This document shows, piece after piece, positions 50,846-64,000 of a stretch of DNA of 64,000 nt. The position numbers and the translations under genes were made by a program. Origin of the DNA: Octopus vulgaris (taxonomy: Eukaryota). Position 1 is the first letter of the stretch; each line of letters starts with the position of its first letter. The notes beneath the pieces are model-generated. The model did not search any database. It was not told the origin of the DNA and saw nothing but the letters and a program-made list of their open reading frames with translations. Location: assembly GCA_951406725.2 (NCBI GenBank), contig OX597834.1, positions 3,162,001 through 3,226,000 of the forward strand, in the 5' to 3' direction.

Positions 50846-51975
50846 CAGGGGGTTGAAGAAAATAATGGAAACACCATAAAATTTTGAGCAAATTTATTTT
50901 ACTATGGGGTAGGACCACCTTTGGCAGTAATTACAGCTTGAATTCTACGAGGTATGGACTCGTACAAACTTTGAATTGTTTCCAATGGAATTTTTGTCCA
51001 TTCTTCAGCTAAAACAGTCTCCAGTTCTTGTAGTGATGATGGTGGAGGATATCGACGCCTTACTTGTTTTTCTAAAATGCACCATAAATGTTCAATAATA
51101 TTGAGATCTGGGGACTGTGGTGGCCATATAAGATGTTCAACTTCACTAGAATGTTCCTTGTGCCATTCAGTAACAACTTTAGCTGTGTGAATTGGTGCAT
51201 TATCATCCTGAAGGATTGCATTTCCCTCCAGAAACAGTTCTGCTACTATAGGATGAATTTCATCAGATAAAAAGCTTAAATAGTCTTGACTATTAATTCT
51301 ACAATGAAGGAAAACCATTGGGCTGGCAGATTTCCAAGATATAGCTCCCCAGATCATTACAGATCCTCCTCCATGTTTAACAGTTGGAAGAAGGCAGTCT
51401 GGGTCAAATGCTTATTTTGGCTGTCTCCATACGTATACTCAGCAGGTGGTCGGAAATAATGTAAAGGATGACTCGTCCGAGAAAATAACGTTCTTCCATT
51501 GTTCTAGGAACCAATTCTGTAGGTTTTTACTCCACTCTAAATGCTTTGCAATATTTATTTTTGAAAGTAATGGTTTTCTGATTGCAGCCCTCCCATGAAA
51601 TCTGGCTTTGTGCAGCTCCTGGTGAACAGTTTTCATAGAAACTTGGTTCTTGAGGTGGTCATTAAGCTCTGCAGTAATTTTGTGATCTTTTCTAACAATT
51701 CACATTAGAGTCCTACGTTCCCTATCTGAAAGTTTCGGTTTTCTTCCGAAGTTTTGTTCCGATGAGGAGGTTTTTCCCTCTTTCTCAAAGGCTGTCATTA
51801 CTTTCAAGACACTACTTCTTGATACACCAAACTTTTCAGCTGTTTTCGTTATGCTAGCACCAACCATAGGAGCACCAGCAATTTGACCGCTTTGAAAGTC
51901 CGATAGATCTGTCATTTTAATTATCTTTTTCTGATGATATTTGAAAAGAAACAGCAATTTTAGCAAAATTGTATA
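50846..51975 (-). mobile_element. Tc1-like transposon with a frameshifted transposase (51915 to 50902)
   Basis: MTDLSDFQSGQIAGA.., GRKPKL, IFSDES, LQDDNAPIH and WPPQSPDLNIIEHLW. Only one TIR is clearly visible. Confidence 0.9.
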
Positions 51976-52529
51976 TATAGTGTATGTATTTATGCATGCA
52001 CATAGGTTGAAAAGAAGAGAAGAAATAATGAAGTGAAAGAATCACCGAAAATAATGGAAGAAGAGAATGAGTGGGAATAATATGAATAACTGAAAGAAGA
52101 TAAAATGAAACACCAGAAGAAAATGGAGAAATGATTAGAGCAGAAACATTCACAATTGCCAAAACGAGATAGAAATAACCCCCATTATTTTTTATACAAT
52201 AGTAATAAAATATTTAATGAAGTACTGAGACATGATAAGGTTCATTGCTAATGAGTTGGTAACACCTGTTGCTTATTACCTGGTGATCGTTCAACAAAGC
52301 AAGTTTGAACATGGTTCATGATGGCAGGGGGGCGGGTAGGTGAATTGAAAGACAGCTTAAACTAAATTATAAATATAACAACCTTAGAATATCACAAACA
52401 CTGAATATCAAAAGCACTGTTCTTTCAGATTATACATGCACACCAAAACACACACACACATACACACACATTCTCTCTTTCATATACACACACACTGATA
52501 CCTAATCTCATGTATTTAATGAAATGTGC

Positions 52530-52567
<38 letters not shown>

Positions 52568-52738
52568 CAAGTAAGTTAGGGTTTGTGGATCCAACCCACT
52601 AAGGGACAATACTTATCCAATATACAGTTGGTATAATACCCAAATTATTAATAAACAAGTGTTTTTAATTGCAATGCAATAAACTTACTTATTGTATTAA
52701 ATAGGTGAAGGTAAAGAAATATTTTACCCTTAATTTAT

Positions 52739-53093
52739 ATTACAAACAAGAAAATGGAGAAACAATTTAGTTGGTTTATCAGTTTTCGGATATTAGAATG
52801 TTGCCTTATTTAATCATCAAAACTCCAACCATAATAACATACATATATAGAGTATAAAATACAATACATATAAGATAAGAATACAAGTAGTTATTTAGAA
52901 AACCTTGATTTTAATAATTTACATTAAGGTTTTTTTAATAACTACTTGTATTCTTATCTTATATATACTGAATTTTATACTGTATATATGTATGTTATTA
53001 CAGTTGTCATTTTGATAATTAAATAAGGCAACATTCTAATATCTTAAAGCTGATAAACCAACTAATGTGTTTCTCCATTTTCTTATTTGTAAT
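52739..53093. repeat. Long hairpin with ~168-bp arms and a ~19-nt spacer
   Basis: 52739-52906 is an imperfect reverse complement of 52926-53093. Confidence 0.9.
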
Positions 53094-53959
53094 TATATAT
53101 ATATACATATATATATATATACATATATATATATAAAAACCTATATGTGTAGGAATGTATGTATGTATGTATGTAAATATGCACGTCTATAACAACATGA
53201 AGAAGAATGGAGAACATCACGTCTTCAATTGATGATTACACCATGTGATATTGGTGACCGTTTTCTGTTGCGCCAGCATTTTTAGATAGAGATAAGAGGT
53301 ACAAAATGCCAGTGAAACCAATATATGGGACAATTTATGCTGACACAATGTTATCAGGGTAACCCAAACACTGCTGAATTCAAAGTGAACTGAGATTAAT
53401 GTCTCCAACACAACAGGCTTCCTACATTTTCCATTAAATCAAATTCACGCACAAGAAGTGGAGAGTAAGGTAAAGAGAGCAGTAGTGAGAGAGATGATGG
53501 CAGAGATTTGTTAGGACAGGACCCCACCCCCTGAGGGACATTGGGTGGGGTGGGGGTGAGGTGAATAGGTGAGGTGGTATAGGGGCTTGGGCTGGATGAG
53601 TGGGCAGGATTAAGGCGACTGTAGCTAATGGTGGTGAGAAATATAGCAGAGGCTTGGTGGGTGGGGGTGGGGTGAATAGGTGAGGGCATTGAAGGTGATA
53701 GGAGAGGAGTTGATGATGGAGAGCAGCACAGGGAAAGGAGAGGAGGTGATTGGTGAAGACAATAGGTAATGGAGGTGTGGGGAGGGGGAAGATAGGCAAC
53801 TGAAAAAGCCAGGGGATGTAGGATGTACGATGGGCCTATTCTGCTCTCAGCTGACAGAAGAAGGGATGAGTGTTAGAAGATGAAATGTTAGGTTGAGAAG
53901 TGGGCTGACGGGTCAGAGCTCCTCACAGATAAGAATTACCCAGGTGGTTTTAGGATGTC

Positions 53960-55610
53960 ATTTCTGCTGTGGTGGGTGGATCTTCTTGAGTAAAGCAGGG
54001 TGCCAGATATCTTGGTCCTTTGTCATTTCCTTCATAAGGCCCAGCATTTTGAGATCAGCTTTCAGGTACTTCATCCCATATCCTCCTGGGTCTTTCTCTT
54101 CCACAAGTTCCATCCACTCTAAGTGGTCAGCACATCTTTATGCAACGGTCCTCATCCATACACATCACTTGACAAAACCTCCTCTCTTGCACACAGCATC
54201 TAATTCCTCTTACACTCAACTTTTCCCTCAAAACACTAACACTCTGTCACACATTTACCCTGACATTGCACATCCAGTGGAACATGCTAGTTTTATTCCT
54301 CTCTAGTCTTTGTATATCTTCTGCATTCAGGGCCCACATCTCTCTACCATGTAGCATCGCTGTTAGTACACATGCATCATACAATCTTCCTCTCACTTGG
54401 AGAAAGATCTTTGGTTGCCAACAGAAGTAAAAAACTCTTTGAGCTTTCATCATGCTATTCATATTCTAGCAGTTACACTTTCATTATATCCTCTTCCACC
54501 TGTGAATTTGGTCACCTGTAGAGTAGAGATTTATCTCTTACATCAGAATATTTGAGGAAACCAGTTTCCCATGTGTCTGTAGTCTTTATGGCTCCTCTAC
54601 ATCTTCCACGTACAATTATTACTGTCTCTGTTAACCCTCCTGCTATTCCACTGCACCTCTTGTGTGTCCAGAGTTTGCATTGGGTGCACCTAATGGAATT
54701 CCTGCCTACACTTTTCCCATATGTCTAGTAGGGCCATTAAAGTGAAGTGGGGAGGGTCCTGTCTGATTTTTTGCTTATTACGACCTGTGCTAAGTTTACT
54801 TTAAGACACCTGGAATTTCTTTTCTAGTTCTGTTACAGATTCTTCCACGAGGGCAAGATCACCAGCAGATAGTAGTTCCCATGGGCTTCCAGTCTTAAAT
54901 TCCTCTGATATGGCCTGGAGGATGATGACGAACCAGAGCGGTTTGAGGACCGAACTTTGGTGAGTACCTACCTATACAATGAATTCATCACTGTACCCAT
55001 GGCCAACTCTTACCTTACTGACAGCATCCCTGTACACGGCCTGTACTGCTTTCACAAGCCATTCATCTATCCCCTCGCTTTCACAGAGACCACCATATTG
55101 TGGAGTGAGGTACTTTGCTGAAAGCTTTCTTCACATCAGTCAATGCTAAGTATAACAACTTATTCTTAGCTAAATATTTCTCAGGACTAATTCTGTTCCT
55201 AATTTATTAGGCCATAAGTCTCTCCATAACTTTCATCACCTGGTCCAGCAATTTGATGCCTCTATAATTACTTCTCCCTTGCCTTTGTAGCAACTGACTA
55301 TGATGCTGCTACACCAGTCACCAGGGATTATGACTTCTTAAATAACCTGATTAATCAATGCAGAAGATTAGACCATATCCTACTCCACCAGATATTTTAA
55401 GTGTCTCAGCACTGACTCCTGATAGACCAGGGATTTTCCGTTTTCATATCTTTAATTGCCTTATCCTGCTACTGTCAATTAGGATAGCTGGTACCTCTGT
55501 TGGATTCACATGGGAGAGGCTCCCTTTCTCCTATTCATTCTCCACATTTAATAGCCTTTCATAGAAGCTCTTCCACTCCTCTTTCATTTCAGAAGCACTA
55601 AGTGTAACCA
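53960..55610 (-). mobile_element. RTE-clade LINE fragment
   Basis: Paralogous to 23600-25105 (VRGRLYDACVLTAMLHG, ELLSAGDL). Confidence 0.85.
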
Positions 55611-55928
55611 TTGTCCAGCCATACACATTTTTCTCCCACATTTCTACAACTGGAAGCCCTTCCTAACGCCAACCACTCCAAGGGTGAAGTGGGTGCTTTT
55701 TGCGTGCCACCAGGAGAGGAGCTAGTCAGGCAGCACTGGCATCGACCATGCTTGAATGGTGCTTTTTACATGTCACCAGGACGAGAGCCAGTGGCAATGA
55801 CCACACTCGAATGGTGCTTTTTATGTGCAACAGGTAACAAAAGCCTTGTGAGTAGATTTGGTAGATGGAAACTGAAAGAAATTGTGTGTATGTGTGTGTA
55901 TATATATGTGTGTATATATATGTGTGTA

Positions 55929-55964
<36 letters not shown>

Positions 55965-55970
55965 AATATA

Positions 55971-56016
<46 letters not shown>

Positions 56017-56263
56017 CAATACAAATGTATTACTTTCCAGTAAAATAAAGCCCCATAAGGGAAGAATTATACATATAAAAATAGATGAGTGGTACAACAA
56101 GGCACTGATATTTACTGGAAAATAGCAATCGATATAAATACGATGCTATTGTATAGCTTCACTGCGTATGTACTAGTAAAGATGTGTGTGTGCAACAAAC
56201 ATGAAAAACATTTGTCTTACCTCTAGGAAGAACATTCAATAAATGGAAAACCTAGAATCGGAT

Positions 56264-56336
56264 AATGCAGGACCGGTTTCTGACTCTTCAAATACGTTTG
56301 ACAACATAAATTTGATTAGTCTTCATCAGCTGCATT
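56264..56336 (-). ncRNA. Type I minimal hammerhead motif with GUC cleavage triplet
   Basis: AAUGCAG CUGAUGA A GACU..AGUC A GAAA CCGG UC CUGCAUU, with a perfect 7-bp stem I. Confidence 0.82.
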
Positions 56337-56842
56337 TACCTAGACAATATTTCAAATGTTGCCACATCAATGCCAGTATACTTGCCTGAACCCAGTTCCA
56401 GTCTTGGTGTGACAGTGTTTCTACAGCTGGATGCCCTTCCTAATGCCAACCACTTCAAGAGTGTAGTGGGTACTTTTTATGTGTCACTGGCACAGGGAGC
56501 CAGTCAGGTGGCACTGGCATCAGTCACAGCTACGATTTCACTTAACTCAACAGATTCTTTTATTGTTTTACTTGTTTTTGTCATCTAACTGTGGCCATGC
56601 TGGAGCACTGCCTTTAGTCAAACAAATCAACCCCAGGACTTATTCTTTGTAAGCCTAGTAATTATTCAATTGGTCTCTTTTACTGAATTGCTAAGTTACA
56701 AGGATGTAAACAAACCAACATTGGCTAGCTGGGAGCTGTCCAGACTCCAACAGTCTGTTGTGGCATGGTTTCTATGGTTGGATGCCCTTCCTAAAGACAA
56801 CCACTTTACAGAGTGTGCTGGGTGCCATTTACATGCCACCAT

Positions 56843-56859
56843 ATACATACATACATACA

Positions 56860-56893
<34 letters not shown>

Positions 56894-57725
56894 CATACAT
56901 ACATACATACATACGAACGTACGTACATACATAGATACATACATACACACACACATACATACATACATACATACATACATGTACATACATACATACACAC
57001 ACACACACATACATACATACATACATACATATATACGTACGTACATACATACATACATTCATACATACATACATACATACATTCATACATACATACATAC
57101 ATACATACATACATACATACATACATACATACATACATACATACATACATACATACATAATACATACATACATAATACATACATTCATACATACATTCAT
57201 ACATACATACATACATACATACATACATACATACATACATACATACATACATACATACATACATACATACATACATACATACATACATACATACATACAT
57301 ACATACATTCATACATACATACATACATACATACATACATACATACATACATACATACATACATACATACATACATACATACATACATACATACATACAT
57401 ACATACATACATCATACATAATACATACATACATACATACATACATACATACATACATACATACATACATACATAATACATACATACATAATACATACAT
57501 ACATACATACATACATACATACATACATACATACATACATACATACATACATACATACATACATACATGTACATACATACATACATACATACACACATAC
57601 ATACATACATACATACATACATACATACATACATACATACATACATACATACATACATACATACATACATACATACATACATACATACATACATACATAC
57701 ATACATACATACATACATACATACA
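56843..57725. repeat. About 880-bp (TACA)n microsatellite
   Basis: Direct reading. Confidence 0.97.
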
Positions 57726-57973
57726 TGTATCTATATGCATATATACACATTTTCCTCTCTCTCTCTCCATCTGTCTTCTCTGCTCTTCTTTCTGTAGAAA
57801 CCTCAAAGACTTTTACCATTTTTCCTGAGTCTGAAACCCTTTGTTTGCTGATGCCTCACCTGACTCTATCAATTTTTTTTCTGTTTTCTTTTGTTTTTTT
57901 TTTTTTTTTTTTTTTGTTGTTGCATCATGTTGAATCATATATAATTACATACATACCTACCTACATACATACG

Positions 57974-58031
<58 letters not shown>

Positions 58032-58217
58032 AAGCTGTAATATTTGCAGCTTTAATAAATTGTTATAGTATGAAACAATTGTACTAAATTACCGGATCCA
58101 TTCTTGTTGCTTATTTTTGATTATAATCACCCCACATAATTTTATGGGTAACACCATAAAAAATTCTGGTGCATCTAAATTAAGTACCATATTCATTTGA
58201 ATCTAAATTGTTTGCTG

Positions 58218-58267
<50 letters not shown>

Positions 58268-58339
58268 CATATATACACATATATATATTATCTAACCATC
58301 TTCCACAAAATTACAAGCCTGGTGCCTATCATTATTATT

Positions 58340-59100
58340 CTTTGCCTTTCATCCTTTTGGTGTCAATAAAGTAAGTACCAGTTATGTACGGGGGTCGATG
58401 TTATCAACTAGCTCCTCCCCAAAACTTTCAGGCCTTGTGCCTATAGTAGAAAGGATTATTATTATTATTACTATTATTATTATTATTATTGTTGTTGTTG
58501 TTGTTATTAAGGCAGTGAGCTGGCAGAATCATTAGCACACTGGGTGAAATACTTAGCTGCATTTCATCCATCACTACGTTCTGAGTTCAAATTCCACTGA
58601 GGCTGATTTCACCTTTCATCCTTTCAGGGTCGATAAAATAAGTACCAACTTATGATGAAATCAACTTACCCACCTCCACCAAAATTGTCGCCGCCCTTCT
58701 GGCAAAATTTGAAACCATTTTTATTATTATCATTATTATTATTATTATTCTATGTTTGACTTTTGCTTTATATTTGTACAAGTTGGCTCCAAGTCTCACA
58801 AACCTCAAGAGACAACAGGTTGAAAGTTCATGTTATTTTTATTATTATTATTATTATTATTAAGTCAACGACCTGACAGAATTGTTAGGATGTTTGATGA
58901 ACTGCTTAGCAGTATTTTGTCATCACTACTTTCTGAGTTCTAATTCTGCCACGGTCAACTTTGCCTTTCATCCTTTCAGGGTCAATAAATTAAGTACCAG
59001 TTACACCCTGGGGTTGATGTAATTGACTTATCCCCTCCCACAAAATTTCAGGCCTTGTGCCTATAGTAGGAAGGATTATTGTTGTTGTTGTTGTTGTTGT
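58340..59100 (+). mobile_element. Head-to-tail array of SINE copies separated by (ATT)n/(GTT)n
   Basis: Repeated gcctttcatccttt..gataaaataagtacc..ggcc..aggattatt units; the array continues at 62064-62290. Confidence 0.8.
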
Positions 59101-59104
59101 TGTC

Positions 59105-62065
<2,961 letters not shown>

Positions 62066-62606
62066 GGCAGTGAGCTGGCAGAATTGTTAACAGGTGAGGC
62101 TTTGTGGCATTGTGTTTGTCTTTAAATTCTGAGTTCAAATACTGGCAAGGTCGACTTTGCCTTTCATCCTTCTGAGATTGATAAAAAAAAGTACCAGTCA
62201 AACATTGGGGTCAATGTAATTGATTTATCCACCCAGCTCAAAAAAAAAAAATTTCAGGCCTTATGCCATTAGTTGAAAGGATTGTTTTAATTTTTATTAG
62301 GATTTCTTATTCTTCTTGAATGAAATCATGCAAAAGTGGTTGATACTGTGAGTGTACCAGTAATACACTAGGACTCAAGGTGATGTTATACAAAAATACC
62401 AATTCCCTAACAAATATAAAAATAAATTGTTTTTTAAAAAAGGAAAAAGAAAGAAATATAATTCTTAAGAACAATTTATTATTATCGTTAATTTGAATGT
62501 GTTAACATGACATTAGCATTAATGATTATCTAATTAATTATTACAATTATTATAATTATCATTATCATTATTATTACTATTTTTATTATTGTCATTATTT
62601 TTTAAA

Positions 62607-62672
<66 letters not shown>

Positions 62673-62740
62673 CATTATTATTGTTGTTTTTATTGTTATT
62701 AATATGTATTTATTTAATTTGCTGTGCTCCTCATGTGTTT

Positions 62741-62788
<48 letters not shown>

Positions 62789-63039
62789 TGATGCAGATTG
62801 ACCTATTTCTGTCCCTGTTGCTTATCCATGTCATCTTAATATTTCTTTTAACTATATTTCTGGTTCGTTCATCATTGTTTCACAAAGCTATATATATATA
62901 TACACACACACACATATATATATATATACATACATTTCATATATATATGTGTGTGTGTGTGTGATGATATATATATATATATATATATATACATACATGC
63001 AGGGGAAATTACATTAAATATGAGTCTGAGTTTAAAGTA

Positions 63040-63137
63040 TTCCTACGCATGTTTCACCATTGTGGCCATTTGGAACTCTGCACTGGATCTTCCAAGAATA
63101 ACTGGAAGCTTAACCACAACGGATCATCATCAGGGAA
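63040..63137 (-). ncRNA. Type I hammerhead motif with a 3-nt slip after the core
   Basis: UUCC CUGAUGA UGAU CCGUUGUGG..CCACAAUGG U GAAA CAUGCG UA GGAA. Confidence 0.65.
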
Positions 63138-63582
63138 ACATTTCATTCCATTCCATCAGAGAGAAGATGCAACAAAGTGTTCTTCTGATTACCTGGTGTG
63201 TTTAAGCATCCAACTGCACTTGGAACGTGCAATGCTGTCGTTCCAAATAACTAAAATGGGGAAATGCAGGTAGGAAAAAATGATGTTAAACTTGTGCTTA
63301 TTGTAATTTCGCCTACATTTGTTCTGGATATCGTAACCAGTAGAGTTAGCCCAGGTATGGCAGTCACCAGAGCACTAAACTGGAAGCAGACCTTGGATGA
63401 GGATAAACTATGTGGAGCTCTGAACTCACCAGCAGCAGTTGTACATCTATTTGTACACACAAGATATACTATATACAAATATGTGTGTGTGTGTGTATGT
63501 ATTTATGTATATGTGTATATTATATGTGTGTGTGTTTGTGTTTGTGTGTGTATGTATATATATATGTGTATATATATATGTG

Positions 63583-63700
<118 letters not shown>

Positions 63701-63750
63701 CCCTGTAGTTATTTAGTTACTTCTAAATAACATCAAGTGATTATCATAGA

Positions 63751-63787
63751 TTTCACTGAAGAGGCAATATGAAACCATGGTATGAGA
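63751..63787 (+). ncRNA. Hammerhead motif with collapsed stem II
   Basis: UUUCA CUGAAGA GGCAAUAU GAAA CCAUGG UA UGAGA. Confidence 0.55.
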
Positions 63788-64000
63788 GTAGTGACATGTG
63801 TCATGTGTGTTTGGGTGCAGATATTTATGTATAATATATCAGGTTACAAATATGGATATGTAAATAACATTCCTATTTAAATATACCCACTGCCGTAATT
63901 AAGTATAACATCTGTTTGTTATATTTTTCATGCATGTTTATATATGTGTGTGTATATATGTATATGTGTGTGTGTGTGTGTATGAAATTATATTTGAATA

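Overview
This is an AT-rich, microsatellite-dense animal genomic window. The SINE families and repeat landscape point to a coleoid cephalopod, most likely Octopus (inference). The only host gene is QRSL1 (GatA, mitochondrial glutamyl-tRNA(Gln) amidotransferase subunit A), with 8 phase-consistent GT-AG coding exons on the + strand from 412 to the stop at 34720-34722. Its N-terminal exons lie upstream of the window. The rest is transposon-derived: tRNA-derived SINEs, RTE/CR1/Tx1 LINE remnants, Tc1 and mariner fossils, Helitrons, piggyBac-type MITEs and Penelope-like fragments. The most striking signal is about a dozen minimal type I hammerhead-ribozyme-like motifs. They sit in several unrelated short elements, mostly within (TA)n tracts. 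The invariant 3-8 core pair appears as C3-G8, U3-A8 and G3-C8. The G3-C8 motif lies inside a 239-bp TSD-flanked, hairpin-closed non-coding insertion. Also notable is a triplicated 3' splice acceptor before one QRSL1 exon, where both decoy copies lead to a premature stop. All coordinates were read by eye, so repeat boundaries are approximate.
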